Below are positions 1-11,200 of a stretch of 64,000 nt of DNA, one piece after another. Under the pieces are notes generated by a model. That model searched no databases. It had not been told where the DNA came from and saw nothing but the letters and a program-made list of their open reading frames with translations. Each line of letters opens with the position of its first letter. Position 1 is the stretch's first letter. The DNA comes from a bacterium. GTDB taxonomy: Bacteria; UBA8248. The stretch covers positions 1 through 64,000 of the forward strand of contig CBDBZU010000004.1 of the NCBI GenBank assembly GCA_965213625.1. The letters run 5' to 3'. The translations under genes and the position numbers were made by a program.

Positions 1-423
1 AATGGCGCCATATTAAGACTCGCCTCCCATTCAGTAGAAATTGATGAAACGCTAGGAGAAGTGAAAACGAAACTGGAATCGGTTTTCATGAGTTCCCACT
101 TTCAACCACCATCCATCGAAGACGCATTCTCACAAAGCCGCGGCAAAGGCAACGCAAATCGAAATGCTCTGCAAATCCTCATCGACGAAGGTGCTTTACT
201 GCGACTGAAGGACAACATTATCTATCATCGACAAGCTTTGAGCGAAGCAGAAAACCTTCTGAAAGAGCATCTATCGCACAACAACGAAATTACGGCTGCG
301 GAATTCCGAGATCTGCTGGGCATTACACGAAAACACGCCATCCCTTTGCTTGAATATTTTGATACTGCGCGAATTACGCTAAGGGTGGGAGACAAAAGAG
401 TGCTTCGACCAGACGCAAGATAA
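1..423 (+). CDS. selB: Selenocysteine-specific elongation factor SelB, C-terminal winged-helix region (5' partial)
   Basis: Frame is open from base 1; C-terminus ITAAEFRDLLGITRKHAIPLLEYFDTARITLRVGDKR matches the SECIS-binding WH4 domain of SelB. Confidence 0.9.
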   Translation, partial: NGAILRLASHSVEIDETLGEVKTKLESVFMSSHFQPPSIEDAFSQSRGKGNANRNALQILIDEGALLRLKDNIIYHRQALSEAENLLKEHLSHNNEITAAEFRDLLGITRKHAIPLLEYFDTARITLRVGDKRVLRPDAR

Positions 424-446
424 AATCCCTCTAAAAGGAATGAAAA

Positions 447-1628
447 ATGCCTCTCGATATTAATAAAATCCAACGTTTGCGTTCAGATGTCCCGGCTCTG
501 AAAAATCAAGTTTACGTAAATTGGGGTGGCGGGGGACCATCGTCGAAATCGATTATTCGTGAAATGGACAAGTTCACAAAGCGCGATATGGAACTCGGCT
601 CGTTTCACCCGACAGTCAGGAATGAAACCACCAAGGCCTTAAAACGCACTCGAGAGAGTTGCGCAAAACTCATCGGCGCAGATGCTTCGGAAATTGCCCT
701 GACCAATAATACGACTGTCGGAATCAACATCGCCGCCGCCGGATTAACCTGGGATGCAGGAGACGAGGTGATTGTCTCGGATCTGGAACATCCAGGCGGC
801 TACCTTCCTTGGTTGGTATGGCGGAAGAGAATTCCCATCAAGGTGAAATTAATCAAGACTGGTCATAATGATGAGCAACTCCTCAAAAACTTAGAAAAAG
901 CTGTCACGTCAAAAACAAGGGTTGTTTGCGTGAGTCATATTACGTGGCTCAATGGCAGGAGGCTTCCCCTTGAAGCAATCGGCCAAATTTGCATCTCCGC
1001 AGGCGCCCTCCTCATCGTAGATGGCGCCCAGTCCGTAGGACATATACCGGTCAAAATAAAAGACACCGGCGTAGATGTATACACCATATCAGGCCAGAAA
1101 TGGCTGATGGGTCCGGATGGCACAGGCGCCGTGTATATTAGGAGTGGAGCAGGCAAAAAGATTCAGCTTTCAGCTGCAAGTTTTCGCTCAGCACAAAAAA
1201 AGAGTTTAAAATCCCTTTCTTTTTCCCCTGAGCCGAGCGCGATGCGCTATGAAGTCGGAACTCTCAATACAACCGGGTTCATTGGATTCCGGGCTGCGGT
1301 CGAACATTTCAGGAGAACAGGACCCGTATCCATCGAAAAAAGAATTCTGGCGCAGGCGAATCGCCTCCTGTCTCAAATACGTCCAATCAAGAATGTTGAA
1401 GTCATTACGCCTGAAGGAGAGGCTCAGTCTGGTCTGGTTTCTTTTCGGATTAAGAACGTCGAATCTCAAAACGTGGTGAACAGGCTCTACAGGAAATACC
1501 AAATCATCCTCAGGGCGGTGGTCACGGAGCCTCCCGCCGTCAGAGTCTCCATTCATTATTTGAACACGGAACAAGAAATGGACTCGATAGCAAATGCGAT
1601 AGACGCAATCGCGGCCGGCAGAAAATAG
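447..1628 (+). CDS. Class V PLP-dependent enzyme, L-cysteine/cystine C-S lyase (C-DES)-like
   Basis: YVNWGGGG, DLEHPG, VDGAQSVG, SGQKWLMGP (PLP lysine), RVSIHY; lacks the RxGxHC catalytic Cys loop of SufS/IscS. Confidence 0.8.
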   Translation: MPLDINKIQRLRSDVPALKNQVYVNWGGGGPSSKSIIREMDKFTKRDMELGSFHPTVRNETTKALKRTRESCAKLIGADASEIALTNNTTVGINIAAAGLTWDAGDEVIVSDLEHPGGYLPWLVWRKRIPIKVKLIKTGHNDEQLLKNLEKAVTSKTRVVCVSHITWLNGRRLPLEAIGQICISAGALLIVDGAQSVGHIPVKIKDTGVDVYTISGQKWLMGPDGTGAVYIRSGAGKKIQLSAASFRSAQKKSLKSLSFSPEPSAMRYEVGTLNTTGFIGFRAAVEHFRRTGPVSIEKRILAQANRLLSQIRPIKNVEVITPEGEAQSGLVSFRIKNVESQNVVNRLYRKYQIILRAVVTEPPAVRVSIHYLNTEQEMDSIANAIDAIAAGRK

Positions 1629-1654
1629 GGACAAATAGCTCAAATTCCAAACAC

Positions 1655-1688
1655 AAAAAAAGCGGCGGTTCTTTCACCGCCGCTTTTT
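1655..1688. terminator. Bidirectional intrinsic terminator between convergent genes
   Basis: aaaaaaAGCGGCGGT-tctttc-ACCGCCGCTtttt hairpin with A and T tails. Confidence 0.85.
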
Positions 1689-1704
1689 CTCGTTTCGTTC
1701 GAAA

Positions 1705-2445
1705 TTATTTTTTCAGCGTTACGTTCACCGCCGTGGCGGCGCCGCCCTTCACCGACACATTCATGGATTTCTTGCCCAAAACCTCGTGCCAAATCTCGAG
1801 GGTGTAAGAGCCTGCGGGAACATCCTTTATCTCGAATTTGCCCCCGGCGCCCGTGATGCCGACATAGGGGTTATCCGCCACAACGATGTAGCCCTTCATC
1901 CAATCATGAACGTCACAGGTCACTTTCAGGATGCCGGGCTTCTTGAAGTAGCGGGTCGACATTCTCAGTTTTTTCTTGAACTTGGGCTGCGCGATATTCG
2001 CTACCGAGTTGCCCGTCTTGCCAGGATGGGTATGGACGTTGTGGAGAATCTTGTCGCTGTTTTTCATCAGCAGCTTCGACTTTTGCTTCATCACGACCAC
2101 TCGAGGCAGGTAGACACATCCCTTCTGGTCAACCACGGCTTTTTTCTGGCTTTTCGACCACTTCTTGCCGGATTTCACGCCTTTCAAAGAGACGACGGCC
2201 CAGACCACGCCGCCGTCTTTCACGACCAGGCTCTCGTCCTTAATCGGTTTTTTCGCGCAAACCTTTTTATCTTTATTCACGGATAATGTTTTGGATTTCG
2301 GGGCCGCGCCGTCGAACTTGATTGCTCCGGTAATCGAACCTCCACCGCTTACCTTCCCTTCCTTGTAAGCGTCCGCGGAGCCAGCTAATGCGATGCTCAA
2401 CATCACCGCAAACATCCAGCACAATTGAAAACGTTTGGGAACCAT
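1705..2445 (-). CDS. Secreted protein with cupredoxin-like and carboxypeptidase-regulatory-like domains
   Basis: ATG 2445 with GAGGAG RBS, signal peptide, DQKGCVYLPRV, NSDKILHNVH, CDVHDWM, GKFEIKDVPAGSYTLEIWHE. Confidence 0.8.
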   Translation of the reverse strand: MVPKRFQLCWMFAVMLSIALAGSADAYKEGKVSGGGSITGAIKFDGAAPKSKTLSVNKDKKVCAKKPIKDESLVVKDGGVVWAVVSLKGVKSGKKWSKSQKKAVVDQKGCVYLPRVVVMKQKSKLLMKNSDKILHNVHTHPGKTGNSVANIAQPKFKKKLRMSTRYFKKPGILKVTCDVHDWMKGYIVVADNPYVGITGAGGKFEIKDVPAGSYTLEIWHEVLGKKSMNVSVKGGAATAVNVTLKK

Positions 2446-2888
2446 GCCTACTCCTCTCAAATAATTTTTCAGGTTGTCAGCAACTGTTTGTAAAAAAAAG
2501 CGTGCACGCATTCATTCGTACACGAAATATCGGTGATTTCAGATGCAGGACCTCTTAAAATGACTTCTAATCAAATCGGAACCGCAAAGAATTCACACCT
2601 GCTCCATTCAAGTAATCCACCTTTCACTTTAAGTCAACCCTCTTGTTGATTGACTCGGAAATTCGCCTGCATTCATTACGCAAACAAGCTGAATACCGCA
2701 TGAAAGAAAGCGTAGGTCCCGCCGTCAGAAGAGGCAAATCCATCTCGCTAGCGCAAGCGACCCCACTGCCGCGATGTTTGCAACATGGCGTACTCTGGGG
2801 TATCTCTCTAAAGCCTGAAGCCGACTTATGGCCGATATGATTGATTCTCCGGGAGTAAACTGTGAATCCGAACCTAAAAGACGCCAAA

Positions 2889-3710
2889 ATGCCCGAAACG
2901 CTCGATGGATGGGCGATTCTGCACCAAATCTTCAGGGTGAACTGGCCCGCCTGGAACCGGCTGGAGAGCGCCCGGCGGCACCGCATCCTGGATGAAGCGA
3001 CGGAATTCTTCGCCTCCATCGCCCGTCCCGAATCCGGCGAGAGCGCGCTTTTCAGCTTGCTTGGCCACAAGGGCGATCTGCTGTTCCTGCATTTCAGGCC
3101 CACGCTCGATGCGCTGGGTGAAGTCGAACTGGGGCTGCGGCGGCTGGCGCTTGCGGAATATATGGACGAGGCCACGTCCTACCTCTCGTTCCTGGAACTC
3201 GGCCTCTACGAAATGACCGTAAAGCTCCACGCCCGGTTCGTGGATGAGGGTCTCGAGCCGGGAAGCGACGAGTGGAAGTCGAAATGGGCCGAAGAGATGG
3301 AAAACCAGCGCGAGCGCATGAAAGAGCGCCTCTACATGGATATACCGAAGACGAGGTATCTGTGCTTCTACCCGATGAACAAGCGCAGGGGCGAGGAGAA
3401 GAACTGGTACGGCCTGCCCATCGAGGAGCGCCAGCAAATGATGCGCGAGCACGGCTTCGTCGGCAGACGTTACGCCGGCCGCGTACAGCAAATCATCACG
3501 GGCAGCATCGGTTTTGACGACTGGGAGTGGGGCGTGTACCTGTTCTCTGAGGATCCGCTCGTATTCAAGCGCCTCGTATACGAAATGCGCTTCGATGAGG
3601 CCAGCGTCTGGTATGGAGAGTTCGGCCCGTTCTACGCCGGCCTGCGCATCATGCCGCATCACCTGAAAAGCATATTCTCAGGCTCGGTTCCCTCCCTCGA
3701 AGCGCCGTAA
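2889..3710 (+). CDS. chdC: Coproheme decarboxylase (HemQ/ChdC, chlorite dismutase superfamily)
   Basis: TLDGW..LH, FYPMNKRR...NWY.L..EER..MM.EHG..GRRYAG, GFDDWEWGV, YEMRFDE match Firmicute-type HemQ. Alternative GTG start at 2862. Confidence 0.85.
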   Translation: MPETLDGWAILHQIFRVNWPAWNRLESARRHRILDEATEFFASIARPESGESALFSLLGHKGDLLFLHFRPTLDALGEVELGLRRLALAEYMDEATSYLSFLELGLYEMTVKLHARFVDEGLEPGSDEWKSKWAEEMENQRERMKERLYMDIPKTRYLCFYPMNKRRGEEKNWYGLPIEERQQMMREHGFVGRRYAGRVQQIITGSIGFDDWEWGVYLFSEDPLVFKRLVYEMRFDEASVWYGEFGPFYAGLRIMPHHLKSIFSGSVPSLEAP

Positions 3711-3739
3711 GTCATACGATTTCAAAGAATAAGACCTTC

Positions 3740-4600
3740 ATGGCGAATGTTCTCATCGTGGGTTGCGGCTATGTCGGCGCTGCGCTCGGAGCGGTGCTCG
3801 CTGGTGAGGGCCATCTCGTCTGGGGCATGCGCCGAAACCCCGATAAGCTGCCCGAATCCATCAAGCCGCTGAGCGCGGACGTTCACGACAAGAACCTGGG
3901 TGGCCTGCTCCCCGAAGGCCTCGATTTCATCTTCTACACCCTCTCCTCGGGCGGCGGCGGCGAGGCGGGCTACCGGGCGGCGTATGCGGACGGCCCGAAA
4001 AACCTGCTCGAAGCGATTGAAATGAAAGGGGAAAGACCCAGACGAATCTTCTTCACTTCGAGCACGGCCGTATACGCGCAAACAGACGGCAGCCGGGTGG
4101 ATGAGGAATCGCCCACGCAGCCGACCCATTACGCGGGCCGCATCCTGCTCGAAGGCGAGCGTACCCTGCTGGAGAGCGGCTACCCCGCCACAATCCTTCG
4201 ACTTTCAGGCATTTACGGTCCCGGCCGCACACGCCTGATAGACTCCGTCCGGGCGGGTCGGGCCGAAGTCCATGAGGGCCTGCCTCGCTACACGAACCGC
4301 ATCCACCGCGACGATTGCGCGGGCGCGCTGGCCCACCTCATGAAGCTGGACGCGCCGGATGCGATATACGTCGGCGTCGACGATGCGCCCACCGATCGGC
4401 GTAAAGTGTTGATTTGGCTGGCCGAACGGCTCGGCGTCCCGCATCCGCGCGAAGCCGGGGGCGGCGAAGCCCCCTCCGCGCGCGCGGCGACGAACAAGAG
4501 ATGCTCGAACGCCAGGCTCGAATCCAGCGGCTACCGCTTTCTTTATCCGTCTTACCGGGAGGGCTACGCCGAGATGATCGAAGACTTGAAAACAACGTAA
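3740..4600 (+). CDS. Atypical SDR / NAD-dependent epimerase-dehydratase (YeeZ-like)
   Basis: GCGYVG Rossmann motif, TSSTAVY, LRLSGIYGPGR, NRIHRDD, YPSYREG. Confidence 0.85.
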   Translation: MANVLIVGCGYVGAALGAVLAGEGHLVWGMRRNPDKLPESIKPLSADVHDKNLGGLLPEGLDFIFYTLSSGGGGEAGYRAAYADGPKNLLEAIEMKGERPRRIFFTSSTAVYAQTDGSRVDEESPTQPTHYAGRILLEGERTLLESGYPATILRLSGIYGPGRTRLIDSVRAGRAEVHEGLPRYTNRIHRDDCAGALAHLMKLDAPDAIYVGVDDAPTDRRKVLIWLAERLGVPHPREAGGGEAPSARAATNKRCSNARLESSGYRFLYPSYREGYAEMIEDLKTT

Positions 4601-4612
4601 CTATCTGATGAA

Positions 4613-5308
4613 TCAATCATTTAGAAGGACTCTCAAATCCTTCCTCAGCTTCTCGAGAGATTCCGCGTCGTTGCTGTGGTAATAGCCCCGGATGGTGAAG
4701 TTCCTGTCGATGAGCACGAAACGCGAGCTGTGGGAGATCAGGATTCCCGGCGTCTTCCCGCCCTCTTCATGCCCGGGATGATGCGCGTGCGCGCTGGGGA
4801 GCAGAAGCCGGAAAGCCCGCTCACCGATGGAGCCGGAGGGGAGCGCGGCTTGCTTGGTCGCATAACTCAGGCGAAAGCCCTTCAGCGCTAACTCTTTGAT
4901 TTCTTTCTCTTTACCCGTCAGAAAAAACCACCGCGCCCTGTCCGCGCCGAACTTGCGCGCATAGGCCGAAAGGAGCGCCGCCTTATCGTGCGCAGGGTCG
5001 GTGGTGATGGAGATCTGCCGGAAATCCTGATGCCCCGAAAACGCCCGCTGGAGCCGCCGCATCTCGCTCGTCTGGAGCGGGCAGGTATCCTCACAGCGCG
5101 TATAGATGAAGTCCGCCACCCAGACCTTACCGCTTAAGCGCTCTCTCGCGAACTCGCGGCCCGATGCGTCAACCAGCGCAAAATCAGGTAGTTGCGAGTA
5201 GACGGGCAGGCTCTCGAAGAAGCTTCTCTCGAGCCAGCGCCAGCCGGGCGCGCCCGCCAGGCCGACGAGAACGCCCAGGGTCAACACCAGAATCATGCGC
5301 CGCGCCAT
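4613..5308 (-). CDS. SCO1/SenC family copper chaperone
   Basis: N-terminal TM, FIYTRCEDTCP (CxxxC), ITTDPAHD, WFFLTG, HSSRFVLID; His-rich insert HAHHPGH. Confidence 0.9.
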   Translation of the reverse strand: MARRMILVLTLGVLVGLAGAPGWRWLERSFFESLPVYSQLPDFALVDASGREFARERLSGKVWVADFIYTRCEDTCPLQTSEMRRLQRAFSGHQDFRQISITTDPAHDKAALLSAYARKFGADRARWFFLTGKEKEIKELALKGFRLSYATKQAALPSGSIGERAFRLLLPSAHAHHPGHEEGGKTPGILISHSSRFVLIDRNFTIRGYYHSNDAESLEKLRKDLRVLLND

Positions 5309-5732
5309 GCTCGCCTCTCCCAGGAAATTCACACGAAACCAACCGCGCGCATTCTGGCAAATCGCGCGCGTCGGTGCAAAGCCTGCGGGGCGTAATTCCC
5401 CGCATTTGCCGTCATGGCGGAACTGGCGGCCCGTGGCAGAATTCCCCTGCGCTGCGACCCGTCGGCGTCATTTCCCCTGAAAACAATTTATATTTATTTA
5501 CCAAAAGACACGTTCATGATTTCGTCCCGTGGACAATCGTACTACCGTATACCCTGAAGTACGATAAACTTCTGTATTAAAATCATTAATTGATACATTT
5601 TCTTTTTCGCCTCTCCTTGCATTTACGACATGCTTACGCTTTAATAGCCTCACGTTTGATGCTGGACGTATGCGATTTGATTACGGATTTCCCATATCCT
5701 CCGGCCTGCAACACGATTTTCAGGGAGCGCCC

Positions 5733-6908
5733 ATGCCCAGAAGAAGCGAGATCAAGCTTACCAAACGCGTGGTCGACGCGTTATCTGTCGAGAAGAACGA
5801 CGCCGCCTTCTGGGACCGGGAGCTGGCCGGCTTCGGGGTGCGGGTCTACGCCACGGGCCGGAAGGTCTACGTGGTGCAGTCGAGAGGGCCGTGGGGTCCC
5901 AAACGAGTGACGCTTGGACGCCACGGCGAGATGTCTTGTGAGGAGGCGAGGAAGCAAGCCGCACTCGTCATCGACCGCATCAAGCGGGGCGAGGAGCCCG
6001 AGCCCAAGCCGCCTGAGGCCGCGCCCACGGTGGCCGGTCTGGCCGAACGCTTCATGCGCGACCACGCCGAAACACACTGCAAGCCCGACACCGCGAGGTC
6101 GTACCGCTCCCTGATCGAGAACCACGTCGAACCGGCGCTTGGCGGGATGGCGGTGGCCCAAGTCGGCCGGGCAGAGGTCGCCGCGCTCCATCACGGTCTC
6201 CGCGATACGCCCGCCGTGGCCAACGCGGCGGTGGGACTGCTCTCTAAAATGTTCAAGATGGCTGAGGCGTGGGGCCTGCTTCCTGCCGGAAACAACCCGT
6301 GCCGGGGGCTTCTCCGCTACCGGACGCGGAAGCGGGAGCGGTTCCTGACGCAGGATGAGTTCCGCCGCCTCGGACGTGCGCTCAGAGAGTTCGAGGCGGA
6401 GGGAAGGACGTGGGCGGCCGCGGTGGCGGCGATCAGGCTCCTGGCGCTTACCGGGTGCAGGCGGAGCGAGATACTGGACTTGCACTGGGACGACGTGGAC
6501 CGCACGGCGGGGGAGCTCAGGCTTAAGGAAGCCAAGGCGGGCCCGCGCATGGTTCCGCTGACGGCGCCCGCGCTCAAGGTGCTGGAGGGGATCCCCCGCT
6601 CGCCGGAGGACCCCTGGGTGATCTCTTCGAAGTACGGGAGGGGCCGCCTGGGGAACCTCTCCTACTACTGGGGGTCCGTGAGGGAGCGGGCGGGGCTGGA
6701 CGACGTTCGAATCCATGACCTGAGACATAGTTACGCCTCGCGGGCGCTCGCGCTGGGCGAAAGTCTGTCTGCGATCGGCCGGCTGCTCGGCCACCGTCAC
6801 GTGGTGAGCACGGCGCGCTACGCGCACCTGATGCGCGATGCCGAGAAGGCGGCGGCCGCCCGTGTGGGGGAGAGCATCGGCGTCCACGTCAAGAGCCGGG
6901 GGAGGTAG
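5733..6908 (+). CDS. Tyrosine integrase with N-terminal arm-binding (DUF4102) domain (IntA)
   Basis: WDRELAGFGVRV arm domain; TGCRRSE, HDLRH, LLGH, RYAH catalytic motifs; GGAG RBS before ATG 5733. Confidence 0.93.
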   Translation: MPRRSEIKLTKRVVDALSVEKNDAAFWDRELAGFGVRVYATGRKVYVVQSRGPWGPKRVTLGRHGEMSCEEARKQAALVIDRIKRGEEPEPKPPEAAPTVAGLAERFMRDHAETHCKPDTARSYRSLIENHVEPALGGMAVAQVGRAEVAALHHGLRDTPAVANAAVGLLSKMFKMAEAWGLLPAGNNPCRGLLRYRTRKRERFLTQDEFRRLGRALREFEAEGRTWAAAVAAIRLLALTGCRRSEILDLHWDDVDRTAGELRLKEAKAGPRMVPLTAPALKVLEGIPRSPEDPWVISSKYGRGRLGNLSYYWGSVRERAGLDDVRIHDLRHSYASRALALGESLSAIGRLLGHRHVVSTARYAHLMRDAEKAAAARVGESIGVHVKSRGR

Positions 6909-6918
6909 AGTGGAAACG

Positions 6919-8085
6919 ATGCAGCCCAAAATTAAAACGCTCTCGAACCGCGCAGTCGCGAAACTCACGGTCGAGAAAGACACTGTCTTCTGGGATCGTG
7001 ATCTCACCGGCTTCGGGGTGCGGGTGTATCCCACGGGCGGCAAGGTCTACGTCGCCCAGGCGCGGGGACCGGGAGGACCCAGGCGCGTTACGGTGGGCCG
7101 CTACGGGGTCATCCATGCCGATGAGGCCAGGAAGCGCGCCGCCCACATCATCGCGCGCATCAAGGCGGGCGAGGAGGCGGTTCCCGAACCGATCAAGCCC
7201 GCCTGCGGTCCCACGGTGGCCGAGCTCGCCAAGCGCTATCTCGCTGAATACGTCTACGTGCGCTGCAAGCCGCGCACCGTGAAGACGGTCCGCTCCGTGG
7301 TTTGCAGGCACATCGTGCCTGCGCTCGGAAAACTGCCCCTCGCATCGGTCGAGCGCAAACACGTGGCGGAACTCCACCAGCGGCTGAGCGCCACGCCCGC
7401 GGCCGCCAACCAGGCCGTCCGGGCGCTGTCCGCGATGTACAAACTGGCCGAGAGCTGGGAACTTGTGCCTGACGGATTATCAAACCCCTGCCGCGCCATC
7501 TCCGAATACCCCGGGCGCCGTCGGGAGCGGTTCCTCACGGAAGCGGAATTGGACCGTCTGGGGAGTGCCCTGGACGAGGCTGAGACGAAGGGAGGCGCGT
7601 CGGCGTCCGCGGTGGCCGCGATCCGTCTCCTGATACTGACCGGCTGCCGTAAGTCGGAGATCCTTAACCTGCGCTGGGAGGACGTGGCGCTCGATCAAGC
7701 GGAACTGCGGCTTGCAGACTCCAAGACGGGCGCGCGGGTCGTTTCGATCTCGGAACCCGCGGTCAAACTCCTCGCGGGTCTGCCACGCCTCCCCGGCGAT
7801 CCATGGGTGATCCCCGGCAGGAAGCCGGGAACGCACCTCAGGAAGCTCGATGACGCCTGGCAGTCCGTCCGCTCGCGCGCGGGGCTTCACGACGTGCGCC
7901 TCCATGACCTGCGCCATTCGTTCGCCTCGAGGGCTCTCGCGCTCGGCGAGGGACTCACCGTGATAGGCAAACTCCTGGGCCACGCCCGGATCGAGACCAC
8001 CTCGCGCTACGCGCATCTCGCGCGCGATTCGGTGCGCGAATCCGCCGAGCGGGTCGCCGCGAGCATCGCCGAAGACCTGTTGTAG
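6919..8085 (+). CDS. Second tandem tyrosine integrase (IntB)
   Basis: WDRDLTGFGVRV; TGCRKSE, DSKTG, HDLRH, LLGH, RYAH; paralog of IntA. Alternative GTG start at 6910. Confidence 0.93.
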   Translation: MQPKIKTLSNRAVAKLTVEKDTVFWDRDLTGFGVRVYPTGGKVYVAQARGPGGPRRVTVGRYGVIHADEARKRAAHIIARIKAGEEAVPEPIKPACGPTVAELAKRYLAEYVYVRCKPRTVKTVRSVVCRHIVPALGKLPLASVERKHVAELHQRLSATPAAANQAVRALSAMYKLAESWELVPDGLSNPCRAISEYPGRRRERFLTEAELDRLGSALDEAETKGGASASAVAAIRLLILTGCRKSEILNLRWEDVALDQAELRLADSKTGARVVSISEPAVKLLAGLPRLPGDPWVIPGRKPGTHLRKLDDAWQSVRSRAGLHDVRLHDLRHSFASRALALGEGLTVIGKLLGHARIETTSRYAHLARDSVRESAERVAASIAEDLL

Positions 8086-8263
8086 GGCGCCTGCGATTTT
8101 TCTATAGCTCCAGTCCTCGATCCGATCGGCTCTTCTCCATCGCCTCGTTCTGCTTCTCCGCCCCGATGCTCCCGGTTTTGCCCCCTCCGAGTACCTCCAG
8201 GGCTGCGATGCGCTCCCCCGGGGCGTCCTCTCCCTGAACCCGCTGCCCCGCTTCCGCCGTATT

Positions 8264-11200
8264 CTACCAGCGCGCGGTGAGGTCGACCCCGACGCCGTGG
8301 TCGGTCGTATCGTCCGCGGCTTCTCGCCGCGTGGCCTTTACGGCGAGCGAGAGGTCGGGGGCGCCTGCAGCCTCGGGTTCGAGGCGCCAGCCCACGTCGT
8401 AGTCCCGCGCCCCGGCCGAGAAGCCCCAGGCGAGGAAGGGAGAACCCGTGAAGCGTCCGCCGAAGGCGGGCAGCCCCCAGGCAGCCTCCGCGCGCCAGCC
8501 GTCGCTCCGCCCGCCGGAGCGCTTCGCCAGCGGATCGGAGGCGAACAGCGCGTCGAGCCCGTCCGCGGCCGAACCGCCCAGGTCGCGCCGGAGCGCGAAC
8601 GAAGCGCCCCGTTTGCTCCCGGGGTCCGGGTCATAGGTCAGCGAGGCCGATATCCCCCGGTCCTTCAGGTCCTCGTCCTCGTGCGCGAGCAGCGTGCGGC
8701 CCGATACGTCGAGCACGAGGCCGAGACGCTCGGCGGTGAGCGATACCCCGGCGCCCACCTCGACGCCGAAGCCCGTCTCCGCGCCGCCCCCGTCGTGGCG
8801 CACCCCGAACTCGACCCGGGGCGCAACGACGCCGCCATCGAGCGTGAATTCACGGCTCCCCTCGATTCCCAGCCGAAGCCGGTTCACCTCGGAGCGCGAG
8901 GCCGAAAGCTCGCCGGTCTCATCCGAATCCGTGCGCGTCCACAGCGCGTCGGCGAGAAGGGCGAGGCTGAAGCTCCCGGGCTTCAAAAGGCCGCCCCTGA
9001 GTCCCGCCGCCGCCATGGACCACGTCGTGTCCGCGTCATAGCGGTCGCCCATGGCCGTCTCGAGCGTCACCTCGCCCGAACCGTAGCCGAGCGCGCCCCA
9101 GAGCTTCAGGCGTTCCGAGACCCGGAGCGAGGCATAGGGAACCGCCGCCGCCAGCGACGCCTCCACACTGCCGTCGCCCTCCCGCACGGCGCCGCTGCAC
9201 AGGACCCTCCGCATCTCGGCATCCAGAGGCTGGGGACAGCGCACGGAATCCGAACCGCTCCCTGCCCCGGAACCCGGTCCGCTGTCGGCATAGCCGCCTT
9301 CTCCGCTGCTATGCATCAGAGCCATGCCGACCAGCCAGTCGCCGCGCGCATAGTCCGCGCCCAGCATGGCCGTGGTCGCCTCGCCGTCGAGCGAGAAGCT
9401 GCCCTCCCGGCCGTCGAAGCTCGACTGCGCCGCCCGGCCCCAGAAGGCGAAGCTGCCGCCCGTGCCGTCCTTCTCCCCTGTCTGCGTGAAGTTCGAGCCT
9501 AATAGCAGGTCCCGCGTCGTCAGAAGGCGCGAGTCCGCCGGCGCACCTGCGCCGGAGCGGTACGACTCGCTGGCGAAGACCTCTCCCTCCCCGAGGGCGA
9601 TGTGGCGGCCGCCCCCGGCCGTAATCGCGTGCGCCGCAGGCGACGCGCCGACAGGCCCGAAGGCGAGCGGCTGCCCGGCGATCGCGCCCTGCACCCCGGC
9701 GCTGCGCGAGGCCGCGATGCGCCCGGCTATGCCGTCCAGCGCCTGCTCCGCCGCCGTGCGGCCGAAACGCGCCAGCCACGCCGCCGGCATCGGGTCGTCG
9801 TTGGTGATCGTGCCGACGGCGACGCCGTCGGTGATCGACACACCTTCATCGGCGTCGAACAGGACCACCTCGAAGGTCTCCGGATCCTCGTCATGGCTGT
9901 CGTTGTAGATGTAGACGGGAACCCGCGCCGTCGTCTTGCCCGGCAATATCGAGATCCGTGCCCGCCAGGCCCGCTTCCATTCGAAGTAGTCCCGGCCGGC
10001 CTTGGCCGAGACCGGTGTCGATTGGCGGGTCGCGTAGAGGATGGTGATTGTCCGGTCCGCGGGCTCGCTCATCGTCACCGTGAAATACACCGTGCCCTGG
10101 TTTTCCTTGAAGGTGGCGTCGGCGATGGAGATCGTCGGCCCAGACGACGCCGCGTCGTTGTCCGACACCGCCACCGTGGCCGCATTGTCCGGCGCCGCCG
10201 CCACCGTGTAGCCCGCGCCGGCATCCACGCTCGCCGTGATCGAGCCGTCCGGCTCGTCCGCCGCGTCGTCCACCGTGGCGACCTCCACGTCCACGCTGCC
10301 CGTGACCGGGACGGTGACCGTCCTCGAGCCCGTCTCGCCCGAAGCGGCGAAGGCGCCGCTCTGGCCGACGGTCAGCGTTATGTCGAGCGGCGCCGCAGGC
10401 GCCGGCTCGGCATTGACCGTGAAGCCGGCCGGGGCGCCTTCCGTCACCCCGCCGCCGGCGACGATGCTCACCACCGGCTCGTCATCGTCGCGCACCGTCA
10501 CCGCGGCGCTGCCCTTGCCCCCGGCCACCGTGTATCCCGCGCCCGTGCCGAGGGTGACGCTCACCGAGCCGTCGGCCTCGTCCGCCGCATCGTCCACCGT
10601 GGCAACGGAGAGCGCGACGCTGGCGGCCCCTGCTGTCAGGACCACCGTCCGGCTGCCCGCGCCGGGCGCATCCAGATACTCGCCGCTCTGGGCGACGGTG
10701 AAGGCAATCGTCAGGTCGGACTGCGGCGCCGGGTCGGCCGTGACCGTGAAGGCGGCATTGCCGCCCTCGTCCACGGCGGACCCCGCCGAGAGGCTGAGCG
10801 CGGGCGTGGCCGGCGTCGCCGGCTGTTCCTCGGCCTGTTCCGCCGGCGCCGCCGCCAGGCATTCCAGCGCCTCGAGCACCGGGGTCCAGCGCTTAAGGCC
10901 GCGATCCGCCTGCGCCCGCGCCTCGGCGACGGTCATCGGGTTGTTGCTGTAGGCATTGCTCTCCCCGAAGGCGGCAAGCACCCGGCTCCAGCGCTCGACA
11001 TGGCCCGAAGTCCGCCAGGTTTCGCTCGCAGCCTTCCGGGCGTCGGCAAGCAGGGCGCCTGAGACGCAGGCTGCCTCGGCCTGCGCGCTGGCGCTCAGCG
11101 CGTCGCCGCCCGGCCCCACGGCGAGCGTCGCCGTGGCGGCCAGCGCGTCGAGTCGCTGCGTCACGCCGTTGCCGTCCACGTATTCCGGCGTCACCGTGAC

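Noticed and set aside
5408-5480. GCCGTCATGGCGGAACTGGC resembles a tRNA-Leu 5' end near the island's left edge
   Set aside because: No anticodon arm, TTCGA T-loop or matching acceptor stem follows; the outer att site could not be defined.
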